Below, one piece after another: positions 17,976 to 27,212 of a DNA stretch of 32,304 nucleotides; the first letter of the stretch is position 1, and each line of letters starts with the position of its first letter. Made by a program: the position numbers and the translations under genes. Source of the stretch: Limisphaerales bacterium (GTDB lineage Bacteria; Verrucomicrobiota; Verrucomicrobiia; Limisphaerales; SIBE01); contig JBGAIN010000093.1 in the NCBI GenBank assembly GCA_044225505.1, positions 1 through 32,304 of the forward strand. Reading direction: 5' to 3'. The notes under the pieces are model-generated. The model worked only from the letters and a program-made list of their open reading frames with translations, was not told the DNA's origin and made no database searches.

Positions 17976-18656
17976 CTACGCGCAGGAACCGTCCAACAGT
18001 TGAATGACTCGCGGCGCGCGGGCGGCGACCTGGGGATCGTGCGTCGCTATGATCAAGGTGGTTTGGCGTTCTGCGCGAAGGCTGCAAAGAAGGTCGATAA
18101 TTTCCTGTCCTGTTCGCGAGTCAAGATTTCCGGTCGGTTCGTCCGCGAGGAGCAGCAGTGGATCGTTAATCAGCGCGCGCGCCACCGCCACGCGTTGCTG
18201 TTCGCCCCCGGAGAGTTCGTAAGGTTTGTGGTCAACCCGGTGTCCTAAGCCAACTTTCTCCAGTAATGCGCGTCCTCGCGCTTCCGCTTCCACAGCTCCA
18301 ACGCGAGCCATGCGCGCGGGTAAACAGACGTTTTCCAGTGCGTCGAGTTCGGGAAGCACATGATACGCCTGAAAGATGAAACCCACTTTCACGTTGCGGA
18401 AGCGCGCCAGACGGTCGGGCGGGAGGTCCGACAGCTTCGCCTCGTTGAACCATATTTCGCCCTGGTCAGGCGAATCCAACCCGCCGAGCAAGTGGAGCAA
18501 GGTGCTTTTGCCAGCGCCGCTCGCGCCGCGGATGGCGACGAACTCGCCCCGGTTGACCTCAAGATCGATTCCTCGAAGCACATCGATCGATCGTTTGCCA
18601 ATCTTGTAACTCTTGGTCAAATGCTGAGCTCGCAGCAGGGAAGGGGAACTATTCAT
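17976..18656 (-). CDS. lolD: Lipoprotein-releasing ABC transporter ATPase
   Basis: Walker A GASGAGKST, GFIFQAYH (LolD-like motif), LSGGEQQRVAVARAL, ADEPTGNLD and ATHD. Overlaps a LolC/E-type permease gene. Confidence 0.88.
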   Translation of the reverse strand: MNSSPSLLRAQHLTKSYKIGKRSIDVLRGIDLEVNRGEFVAIRGASGAGKSTLLHLLGGLDSPDQGEIWFNEAKLSDLPPDRLARFRNVKVGFIFQAYHVLPELDALENVCLPARMARVGAVEAEARGRALLEKVGLGHRVDHKPYELSGGEQQRVAVARALINDPLLLLADEPTGNLDSRTGQEIIDLLCSLRAERQTTLIIATHDPQVAARAPRVIQLLDGSCA

Positions 18657-19932
18657 GGCGCAACGCCTCGACTGGCTTTAGCCGACCCGCATTCCAGGCC
18701 GGAAACAGGCCGGCAAGCAGACAAATAATCAGTGACCCACCGCAAATTAGGGCGATATCACTGAAATCAATCAGCGCTGGCAATTCGCTGAAATTGTAAA
18801 TCCGGGCTGGGAATAACTCGAATCCCGTGACGCGGCGGAGGAAGAAGAGGAAGTCATTACGATAGGAGACGGCCAACATTCCCAGGCCGAAACCCGCCAG
18901 GACACCAACGACTCCCACGAACAAGCTTTGGCTGAGAAATATCCACATGATTTGAGTACTACTCGAGCCCAGGGCTTTCAAAACGCCGATCTCGCGCGTT
19001 TTTTGGACGACAAACGTGATCAGCGCGCTCGTGATCCCGAACGCGGCCACGATGATAATAAAAAACAGCAGATAGAACATCACGTTCTTTTCCACGAGCA
19101 GAGCGTCCAGCATCCCCGAATTCTCCTCTTCCCAAGTGGTGAGAATGACTCCATCCCCCAACTCACTGCGAAGTTGTCTTCGCAAAGCTTGGGCGGAGCC
19201 GGGGTCGTGCAGCACTACCATCAGCCCCTGGACCTCGTCGCCCAGTCCGTAGAGGTCTTGCGCGTTTGCCAACGAGCAAACCACAACCCGGTAGTTGAAC
19301 TCGAAATAGCCAACGTCGAAAATCCCGCGAATCTCATAGTTCGTCGGCGTATAAACTTCATCAATTTCACCTTTTGTCCGGCCCCGTTTCCAACTCTCGT
19401 TCATTCGCTTTAGTTCGCGAATTGAGTAGATGGATAACTGATCACCCACACTCAATCCGAGTTGTCGGGCAAAATCCCTGCCCACGAGCAGGCCGTTGCC
19501 CCGAACATCGAAAGAGCCTTCCACGATGCTGGAGGGCAACATGCTCACTTTATCCTCCAAGCGGGGATCGATCCCGCGAATGTCTGGAGCAACGATCTGC
19601 GAACTCCCTTCCTCACGCACGGTCGCGGCTAGAACCGGCCCCACCACGTAAGGGGCAACGCCTTTGACCAGGCGGCTCGAAGAAATCCGGTCCATCAGCT
19701 CCACATAGTTCGTCATGGGCTGACGCAATTGAACTCGGAGATGCGGGCTAAACCCGAGGATCTTGTCCCGTAACTGGTGGTCGAATCCGGCCATGACGCT
19801 GATGACGATAATCAGCACCGCGACCCCAAGCATGACGCCGATGATCGAAATCAGCGTGATCACGGACACGAAGGTTCGCTTGGGTCGTAGATACCGAAGA
19901 GCTAGGAACAACTCGAAGGGCAGCCGTGACAT
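18649..19932 (-). CDS. Lipoprotein-releasing ABC transporter permease (LolC/E/F family)
   Basis: FELFLALRYLR...SIIGVMLGVAVLIIVISVMAGF, KTREIGVLKALG and C-terminal PVEALRHE, with MacB/FtsX-like topology. Start ATG 19932. Confidence 0.92.
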   Translation of the reverse strand: MSRLPFELFLALRYLRPKRTFVSVITLISIIGVMLGVAVLIIVISVMAGFDHQLRDKILGFSPHLRVQLRQPMTNYVELMDRISSSRLVKGVAPYVVGPVLAATVREEGSSQIVAPDIRGIDPRLEDKVSMLPSSIVEGSFDVRGNGLLVGRDFARQLGLSVGDQLSIYSIRELKRMNESWKRGRTKGEIDEVYTPTNYEIRGIFDVGYFEFNYRVVVCSLANAQDLYGLGDEVQGLMVVLHDPGSAQALRRQLRSELGDGVILTTWEEENSGMLDALLVEKNVMFYLLFFIIIVAAFGITSALITFVVQKTREIGVLKALGSSSTQIMWIFLSQSLFVGVVGVLAGFGLGMLAVSYRNDFLFFLRRVTGFELFPARIYNFSELPALIDFSDIALICGGSLIICLLAGLFPAWNAGRLKPVEALRHE

Positions 19933-19939
19933 CGGCGAG

Positions 19940-19968
19940 AGGCTAGTCTCAGGCAGGGAGCGTGTCAA
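19940..19968 (-). promoter_or_regulatory. Leaderless sigma70-type promoter of lolC/E-lolD
   Basis: Consensus TTGACA-N17-TAGCCT followed by 7 nt and then the ATG at 19932. Confidence 0.65.
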
Positions 19969-20092
19969 CGAGGGGACAGCTGCTGCGCTACTGGAAATGA
20001 CTCGCCTTTGCCGAAGTTGGTTTCGGCGGTTTTCGTCGTGCTCGGTTCTCCTCGCTCGGTTTTACTGCCCTCTTTGCCAGTCCTTCAAACCG

Positions 20093-20581
20093 TCAAGGAG
20101 CCGGTTCCCGTCGCAGCCGGAAGTTCCGCCGTGAGGCCATCCCTTTGTAGGCGGCGGCGGCTAACGCTCCGAAGGTCACGTGAGTCACGATCACGGGGAG
20201 TTCCGACCCGGTCTGTCCAACGTCAAGGAGCCAATGGAAAACAACGTAGTTCAATCCATAGAGCCCGAGGCCGATGACAGCGCCAAGAGCGACGGCCCAG
20301 AGCCCGCGCAGGCGCGTGACAATCGGCGCCAGGATCGACACATACACAAGCGACATCGCAACCTGTCCCAGTGTGATTAAGACACTACGACTGCCGTCCA
20401 CGGAACCGGGCGGCTTTAAATCCCGCCCCATCAAAGTCGGTGAGACCAGGCCGGATGTAAACCATGGTAATCCGTGCGAGAGCAGCCACACAGCACTACC
20501 TGCGAGAAGAGCCGCCACGAGTGCCGACCGCCAATCGAAGCGAGCTTCGGGATTAATGTAATGATGCCAATCTATCGTCAT
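20093..20581 (-). CDS. Small integral membrane protein of unknown function (about 4 TM helices)
   Basis: Four hydrophobic segments, GAVIGLGLYGLNY, a C-terminal HVTFG and a basic tail. Confidence 0.75.
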   Translation of the reverse strand: MTIDWHHYINPEARFDWRSALVAALLAGSAVWLLSHGLPWFTSGLVSPTLMGRDLKPPGSVDGSRSVLITLGQVAMSLVYVSILAPIVTRLRGLWAVALGAVIGLGLYGLNYVVFHWLLDVGQTGSELPVIVTHVTFGALAAAAYKGMASRRNFRLRREPAP

Positions 20582-20869
20582 AACGAAATTAAGCTATGGC
20601 CCGTTGGGCGTGATGCTATCGGGGCATCTGAGTGCGCTTAGATCGGGGATTCTCTCTGCTGCCATCCCGGTTTTCTGTTGCTACACGCGGTGGAGAGGTG
20701 GTGCCCGCCGGTCCTTTTGCTTCGCCGCTTGGGAATCCGAACGCGTGGCGAGATTGACCGCGAGAAAGTGCGCTCAAGTTTTTGCGGGGGTGACTCTAAG
20801 GATGTTCCGGTGGATCCGGAGGATTTGAAGCGGAACCTGTGACGGACGTCGACAACACGGTAGGCAGTT

Positions 20870-20995
20870 AATGACAGGGGGGGCAAGGAGCCAGGTACGG
20901 TAGCTGCTCTTGGGTTCCTCGTTAGTGCATCACAACTCTGTCGTCCTTCTTGGGAAGGACCGAAACGCGACCCCTCCGCCGGGGTCGCGTTTTTT
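20870..20995 (+). ncRNA. Candidate structured small RNA or attenuator (5' end unknown)
   Basis: Imperfect long hairpin 20877-20920 and 7-bp hairpin 20943-20960, then a strong terminator, with no plus-strand gene upstream. Confidence 0.3.
20963..20995 (+). terminator. Intrinsic terminator
   Basis: AAACGCGACCCC-TCCGCC-GGGGTCGCGTTT (12-bp perfect inverted repeat) running into a T6 tract. Confidence 0.8.
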
Positions 20996-21436
20996 AATTC
21001 CCCCCGAGACCCCGGGTAACCTCGGGGGACTCTTTGCGAATCAAGCCTCGTTTCCGGGGAGTGGGGCAGGTCATTACAGAAATCGGGGATCATTGCGATC
21101 CAGGGTGAGGAAACCAAGCGCGGAGCGGCCTGAGTTTGCTGGGAATATCCTCACAGCCGCAGTCCCCGATTGGGTGATATCCCTCAAGGGAATTGTATCA
21201 TCTGGGCAAGATTGACTTGCGTTTGTTCGGCATCTTGGTTACTCCACACGGCGAGAGTAGTAGGAAAGCCTGCAGATTAATGCGCTAGCGATGTTAGAAA
21301 TCTCAGCAAGATACGGCCGCCACTCAGCTGCATCCCGATGAACGACTCTTTTGCTTTCCGGAAACGGTCGCGTGACCTGCCTCGTAAGAATCGTCCTCAG
21401 GAAGCTCGCTTTCTTCGCGCGTTAGAACTCGATATT

Positions 21437-22021
21437 GTGGAGCACCTGGAATTCTTCCAGGCGTTCATCCGTGAGCCCGCCAGCGTGGGAGCGCTCAGTC
21501 CCAGCTCGCGCGCCTTGGCGTTGGCGATGATTGAGGGGTTTGACCTCCGGCACGCCGGGACCATTGTCGAGTTAGGGGCTGGGACAGGCGCCTTTACCGG
21601 ACCGATCCTCGACCGCATTGGAAAACACACGAAGTTCTTCGCCATGGAGCTTGATCCTATCCATGCCCGCGGTTTGAAGCGCCGGTTTTCCGGTCTGACG
21701 GTGTATAACGATTCTGCGGAACGCATGCTTGACTATCTGACGCTGCAGGAGACGCACAAGGCAGATTATATCGTGAGTGGGCTGCCTTGGGCGAACATTC
21801 CTCCGGAAGTGCAGGAGCGGATCATGGAAGTCATCCTGGCCTCTCTGGCCCCGGACGGCATCTTCACCACGTTCGCTTACTTGCATGCGCGATGGCTTCC
21901 GAAAGCTCGACGTTTCCGCCGCGGCTTGGAACGTCGGTTTGAGCGTGTCGAGACCAGTCCGGTCATCTGGCGCAATCTGCCGCCGGCGTTTGTCTACCGG
22001 TGCAGTCGAGCCCGGGAGTGA
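21437..22021 (+). CDS. Class I SAM-dependent methyltransferase, phospholipid/ornithine-lipid N-methyltransferase (PmtA/OlsG-like) family
   Basis: FIREPASVGALSPSSRALA, VELGAGTG, IVSGLPW and IWRNLPPAFVY are the hallmarks of this family. Start probably GTG 21437 (ORF open from 21338). Confidence 0.85.
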   Translation: MEHLEFFQAFIREPASVGALSPSSRALALAMIEGFDLRHAGTIVELGAGTGAFTGPILDRIGKHTKFFAMELDPIHARGLKRRFSGLTVYNDSAERMLDYLTLQETHKADYIVSGLPWANIPPEVQERIMEVILASLAPDGIFTTFAYLHARWLPKARRFRRGLERRFERVETSPVIWRNLPPAFVYRCSRARE

Positions 22022-22138
22022 GAAGGCGGAGCTGACGCCTTGGCCAGCGACGGCGAACGTTCCGTTACTTCCCTGGGCTGCGGATCGAGGAAGGGCGTTC
22101 AAAAACTCGAGCTCGTGCACACATCCCTTTCCACCCCC

Positions 22139-25100
22139 TCACAAAGTTCCCAGGTAACCGATCAGGTCGGCTAGGTCCTGCGGAGTCATCACTCGTTCAA
22201 ATCCTTCCGGCATTAAGGAAAGCCCCGAACTGCTCAGCTCTCGGAGATCATTCCGCAAGAGCGTTTCTTCAATCCCTCCTGCCGCGCGCAGCGTAACACT
22301 GCTCGGAGACTCCGCCGTGATGATCCCGGTCACTTCCCGATCGTCTCGCGTCGCGGCGGTATAATTCACATAGCGCGCCTCGACCGCTCGGTTTGGATCG
22401 AGAATCGCCGCTAACAAGGTTTGAGGCGACTTGTTGGCGAGCGCTCCGAGGTCCGGGCCGACGGCGATGCCCTCTTCGCGAAAGCGATGGCACGACGCGC
22501 AATTCTGACGAAAGATGGCGGCGCCCTTGCTGGCGTCTGAATTCAACTCCAATGCGGCCGCGTACTGTTTCTGTAGTTCCAGCCGGTCCTTGGCCACCGC
22601 GAATACCTTCTGGGAACGGTCGCGAATGGCGTCGGTCGAACTGTTTAGCATCTTCTGCTGGTCTGCCGGGCTGATCTGTGCAGGCGGGATCTGGCCACTC
22701 TCAATGTGCTGCAACAGTTGTGAAGTCCAATCCACTCGACTCAGGAGCAACGTCAGAACCCGACCTCGCAAGGTGGGTTCGTAGCTGCTCCAGGATTCCA
22801 GTAGTCGGGCCGCGACAGCGCCGTCCGAGACGCGACCGAGCGCCGCGAGGGCGGCCCCTTTCAAGGGCGCCGTTACCTGGGGCTTTAACAGGCGCGCCGC
22901 GATCTCGATGTCGTCGGGCTCGCCGAGCCCTCGTCCCAGCAAGCGAATGGCCGTGACGCGATCTGATTCGTTGCGGGAATCGTCCGCAGCGGCTTTGCGG
23001 GCGGCTAGAAAAAGTGGAGCGAGTTCGTCAATGGCGCGCTTAAGGTCGGGTGAGGATCGTTCGCGAAATCCTCTTAAAGCTCCATCCTGGCGCTCAACGC
23101 CGTCCAGAAACCCCGCAATCGTCAGCCATTGCCAACGTAGATATTCGCCTGCCACGGGCTTCGCAATCTCCGCGAGGGCCTCCGCCAGCGTCGCATCCTG
23201 TTTTTGAGCGGTCGCAATGGTCAGGAGCTGCCGAATAAGCTCCGCGGGCGGTTGGATCCGATCCTCATGGAGGAGAAACTGCAACATAGTTTTGCAGTGG
23301 GGCGTGGTTGAGCTCAACACAGCTGTTTGAATTTGCGGATCCGCTTCGTTCTCCACGGCTAACTGCACGAGCGCGCGGCTGGCCTTATCTTCCTGCCATT
23401 CCCCCAAAGTGAAAGCCAACTGGAATCGCACGCGCAGCGACGGGTCATGGACCAGAGCGAGCAATCGTTCTTGAAGGCGTTGCAGATCATCATGGGTGGT
23501 CGGGTCCAATCGCCGGCCGGAATGCAGGAAACCTTCGCTGAGACGAATCGCATGTTCTCGAACGCTCGGATGCGGGTCTTGGAGGGCGGAATTAAGGATC
23601 CCAGGGGTGAGCTTCTGCAAGCCGTCGAGCGTGCAAAGGACTTGCAGCCGGACTTTGGGGTTGGTTGCTCGTTGTTGCAGGACGAGGAGTCTTGAGACCG
23701 TCGCTCCTTCGCCGGCGTGGACCAGAAGCCGCTGCGCCGTGTCGCGCGTCCACCCGTTCGGGCTATCTAGGAAGTCGACCCATTGTTCCGGTTTGAGCCC
23801 GGCGAGTCGCGGGATCGGCCGAAGGGACGCAGAGTTCGGATAGACCCGGTAGATCCGGCCGAGTTGACTCCCAGCCCGAAGGTCCAAGGCCTTTTGCGCG
23901 TCGGGCGGGATCCACTCTGGATGCTCCAGCACCAGGCGGTACATGTCCGCGATGTAAAGCGCGCCATCCGGGCCGGTCTTCAGCATCGTCGGACGGAACC
24001 AATTGTCGGTGGAAGCGACGAATTCAATTTGCGCTTCGTCAGCCCCGCGGTGGCTTTGAAACGTGACCCCGTCTACTTGCAGCACTTCGCGATGGATCAC
24101 ATTATGCACCGGTTCACTGATGAATACGCTTCCTTCAAATTCCGACCCAAACAAGTCATCTCGGTAAGGCGTGGGGCTATTCGCCGACGTGACATGGTTA
24201 AGCATCGCCACGTCATTGAACCGCTGCATGCTCCGACTTCGGGCAAACACGCGCGTCGAGTCCGGGTAATTGGCCAGATACTGCTTCACGGCCTTCACTG
24301 GCAAGTGAGGATTTCGCTCCAGGTAATGCTCGGGCAAGATCACATGCCAAAGCCAGGTGGGGTTGTTATTCCCAAACCAGTTTCCCCAATCGTCCCGATG
24401 CCGACCGTACTGAGTCTGGCCGGAGACCGTCTCGAACAAACCCTCATCCGGGCGGAATCGGAAATCAAATCCTCGGAGGTTGACCTCCAGATCGGTCGGG
24501 CGTGAGGGTGCGCCTAACCCCGCGCCTGGCACGGTTCCAGCCAGGCGGATGTTGCCGCCACTATCCCCATTTGCTCCGTGGACCCAGTTATCCAATCCGT
24601 AATCGAACCCATTCAGACGGTGTTGCTGGTTCCCTTCGGTAAATCCAGTCAACAGCGGAATGCGCACGTCCGATTTCCCATCGCCATCGCGATCCTCCGC
24701 GTAGAAAATCTCCGGCGCCGCACTGACCAAGACGCCATTTCGCCATGGCATTACGCCCGTCGGAAAGTTCAAGTTATCCAAGAAGACCGTCGATTTGTCG
24801 TAGCGTCCATCTCCATCGGTGTCTTCCAAGAATCGGACGATCCCGCCGCTCTTGCCCTTGCCGTCCAGCCCAAGCGGATAATCTCCCATCTCGACCACCC
24901 AGAGTTTTCCATCCGGTCCCCACTCGAAGGCGATGGGGTCCTTCACGAGCGGCTCGCACGCAACCAACTCAATTTTGAATCCTGGTCGGACATTCATGCT
25001 AGCGAGAGCTTCCTCGGGAGATTTGGGCTTCGGCTGCAAACCCGCGAGGAGTTCGGTGTAAGATCGCCGGTCGACCAAGTCTGGTAAACCTGCCGTATTC

Positions 25101-26917
25101 TCGTTTTGCACCCAAAGGTGCTCGTGGGCGAACCAGGCACCGTTGTTCGGTTCCGCGCCGCCCTGGACGATCTTGGGAATGGCGCCGGGTTCGCCCTGAG
25201 CGCCTGAGAGGACCACTCGCGACCAACCGGGTTGGAACCCGAGATAGAGTTTCGGGACAAACAAATGCAACGAGTAACGGTCTGCGTTGGAGAAGAGGGC
25301 GTCGTCATAGCCATCTCCGTTGATATCGACGAGGCGCAGACCCGCGTCGCGCCCTTGCGCATCGACCAGGGCGGTGCCATCGGGCAGGCGGTAACCCAAC
25401 TCTCGCCAGCCTTCGTCCAGGCGCTTGAACACAGTGTTTTGGTGGTCGTTCCCGACGACCACTTCGCATTGGCCGTCCCCGTCGATGTCGCGCAGGCGCA
25501 CGCCCCGATCCCGGTTCTGCACCCGCGTTCGGATAGGCTCACCGGCCAGACTCAAACCCGCCCAGAACCCGGGCGTTGCCGTCCAATTCTCACCGTCGAA
25601 TTCCCAGGCGCCCTTGAGGTCGGCATTGACGATCGCGCTGGCCTTGCCATCCGGGCGAACCACGCCGAACTGGACACCTGCATGGACGGCCGGGGCATTG
25701 GTTGAGTGCGTCACCAGGGCTGTGGGAAAGTCCACATCGTGCCAATGCTTTTCGGCGGGCTGCCACAGGCGGGTCTTGCGGGTAGCTTCATTTCCTATGA
25801 CCACGTCGAGGTAGCCGTCGTTGTTGACGTCGAGCAACCGCACCCCATTGTCCTCGCCGCGAGAGGTGCGCAGCGGATTCCCAGCCAGCAAGTAGCGGTT
25901 CAAGCGCTCTTCAGCTTCACGGAAGGTGAGGAATTTGACACGCTGGCCGTAACGCTCTACGGCATAATCGATGAACTCCACCATTTGGTCGGGGCGAATC
26001 CAACCGTGAGGATGAAAGATAAAGGTGAAGGCGCCTTGTTTCGCCACGGTTGCATCGAGCGCGACTTTCCAATCCCTCACCGTCGCTGGGTTGTTGGTGC
26101 CGTGGAGATGTTGCGCTTCCCAATCGCTTGGGACCATAGCTGGGAATTCCCAGCAAAAGTTGCCGATGACGTAGGGATACGGGTAGTTCTCAATCGTCGT
26201 GGTGAAGGATGGGAACGGTAAATACTTCCGAAACTTGGGTTGGCCTTGCTCGTCGACGGTCCATTCACGCTTTAAACCCGGGTCGTCCGCTGTGAAGATT
26301 TGCATGATCGACGAGTCGATGGTGAGGAATTGCCCGAGGCCGTTCGTCCGGGCCATCATTTCGAAGTAGAATCGCGGGCTGGGACTGTTAATCGAGTCAC
26401 AGCACGGCATGCGAAACGCCACGGGCCGGTTTCCAGGAACGCGATTCATCAATTCAACGCTCCCATGGTAGGTCTGTGCGGCCGCGACGAAGTTGCTCTT
26501 GCTCAACAACGGACAAGGATGCGCCAAAGTGTGCACTTCCAGCGAGACGCCTTCTTGCAGCCAGTTCTGCAAATGGGGATGCGTCGGATCCAGCTCGTTG
26601 CAAAGGATGCTGACCGGAGCGCGTCCGTCGATGCGTTTGAGCCTTTCCAGGATGGGACGGAGCACTGCTTCATATTTGTCCGGCTGCCGCATGTCGTCGA
26701 TAGCCAGAATGACGGCGGCCTCGACTTCGATCTCCCCGAGCCATTGCGGGGTCGTCAGTTTGGGAAACCCAAGGTGGGGGTCAAACGGATTCGCTTCGTC
26801 CCGGTAATTCAGCCGATTGCCCGGGGGCGGGGCGGCCAAAGTCGTGGGGCTCCATCCCCCCAGGGCGAGGAGGAGTTCCAGCCAAGCGCTCACAATATAC
26901 AACGAGAACTGCTTCAT
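22139..26917 (-). CDS. Secreted PVC-type dehydrogenase-like/CxxCH heme protein with N-terminal polysaccharide-deacetylase-like and VCBS/FG-GAP repeat domains (1592 aa)
   Basis: Signal-peptide-like start at ATG 26917, CE4 motifs and DxN/DxDG repeats. Then a beta-propeller (GPDGKLWVVEMGDYP, LEDTDGDG, GPDGALYIADMYR), HEAT repeats, and CASCH with GPDL and distal SLMPEG. Confidence 0.9.
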   Translation of the reverse strand: MKQFSLYIVSAWLELLLALGGWSPTTLAAPPPGNRLNYRDEANPFDPHLGFPKLTTPQWLGEIEVEAAVILAIDDMRQPDKYEAVLRPILERLKRIDGRAPVSILCNELDPTHPHLQNWLQEGVSLEVHTLAHPCPLLSKSNFVAAAQTYHGSVELMNRVPGNRPVAFRMPCCDSINSPSPRFYFEMMARTNGLGQFLTIDSSIMQIFTADDPGLKREWTVDEQGQPKFRKYLPFPSFTTTIENYPYPYVIGNFCWEFPAMVPSDWEAQHLHGTNNPATVRDWKVALDATVAKQGAFTFIFHPHGWIRPDQMVEFIDYAVERYGQRVKFLTFREAEERLNRYLLAGNPLRTSRGEDNGVRLLDVNNDGYLDVVIGNEATRKTRLWQPAEKHWHDVDFPTALVTHSTNAPAVHAGVQFGVVRPDGKASAIVNADLKGAWEFDGENWTATPGFWAGLSLAGEPIRTRVQNRDRGVRLRDIDGDGQCEVVVGNDHQNTVFKRLDEGWRELGYRLPDGTALVDAQGRDAGLRLVDINGDGYDDALFSNADRYSLHLFVPKLYLGFQPGWSRVVLSGAQGEPGAIPKIVQGGAEPNNGAWFAHEHLWVQNENTAGLPDLVDRRSYTELLAGLQPKPKSPEEALASMNVRPGFKIELVACEPLVKDPIAFEWGPDGKLWVVEMGDYPLGLDGKGKSGGIVRFLEDTDGDGRYDKSTVFLDNLNFPTGVMPWRNGVLVSAAPEIFYAEDRDGDGKSDVRIPLLTGFTEGNQQHRLNGFDYGLDNWVHGANGDSGGNIRLAGTVPGAGLGAPSRPTDLEVNLRGFDFRFRPDEGLFETVSGQTQYGRHRDDWGNWFGNNNPTWLWHVILPEHYLERNPHLPVKAVKQYLANYPDSTRVFARSRSMQRFNDVAMLNHVTSANSPTPYRDDLFGSEFEGSVFISEPVHNVIHREVLQVDGVTFQSHRGADEAQIEFVASTDNWFRPTMLKTGPDGALYIADMYRLVLEHPEWIPPDAQKALDLRAGSQLGRIYRVYPNSASLRPIPRLAGLKPEQWVDFLDSPNGWTRDTAQRLLVHAGEGATVSRLLVLQQRATNPKVRLQVLCTLDGLQKLTPGILNSALQDPHPSVREHAIRLSEGFLHSGRRLDPTTHDDLQRLQERLLALVHDPSLRVRFQLAFTLGEWQEDKASRALVQLAVENEADPQIQTAVLSSTTPHCKTMLQFLLHEDRIQPPAELIRQLLTIATAQKQDATLAEALAEIAKPVAGEYLRWQWLTIAGFLDGVERQDGALRGFRERSSPDLKRAIDELAPLFLAARKAAADDSRNESDRVTAIRLLGRGLGEPDDIEIAARLLKPQVTAPLKGAALAALGRVSDGAVAARLLESWSSYEPTLRGRVLTLLLSRVDWTSQLLQHIESGQIPPAQISPADQQKMLNSSTDAIRDRSQKVFAVAKDRLELQKQYAAALELNSDASKGAAIFRQNCASCHRFREEGIAVGPDLGALANKSPQTLLAAILDPNRAVEARYVNYTAATRDDREVTGIITAESPSSVTLRAAGGIEETLLRNDLRELSSSGLSLMPEGFERVMTPQDLADLIGYLGTL

Positions 26918-27154
26918 AGGCCAGCGGTACGCTACAGTCGAAGCGACAGCGTGTGCTAGGCAAAAAATGGGGGGCCAAGGCGGCTTGCGGAAGATTCGCC
27001 GTAGACTGGCGGCGACGCCTCGCCGCGGGCAGGAGAATTCCGACACCGCGCCGGCGATGTGGCGAAGGAATCTGAGCCGAGACGGCTCTTCCACTTTAGG
27101 CCGGACAAACCGGCGAATGGTTTACCACCTCATCACCCCCCCCAATTCACACTC

Positions 27155-27181
27155 GATCCTTTTTCTCTCTGTTTCCCGCAT
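27155..27181 (+). promoter_or_regulatory. Possible ECF-type promoter upstream of the Ser/Thr kinase
   Basis: GATCC-N17-CGCAT about 30 nt upstream of ATG 27213. ECF-like spacing only; the specificity is inferred. Confidence 0.3.
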
Positions 27182-27212
27182 GGTATGGTAAAGGATAGAG
27201 AGCGTTGTCGTT

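Noticed and set aside
20877..21120. SRP RNA or RNase P RNA identity for the structured region
   Set aside because: Lacks the SRP CAGG-GNRA-AGCAG core and the RNase P GAGGAAAGUCC / ACAGAA-CGGCUUA elements.
20604..21215. ORFs 20604-20828, 20638-21117 and 20910-21215 in the divergent gap
   Set aside because: Weak starts and no protein-like features. Two of them run through the terminator hairpin.
26918..27094. 59-aa N-terminal extension of the 1651-aa ORF
   Set aside because: ATG 26917 gives a signal-peptide-like start, and the extension looks like translated intergenic DNA.
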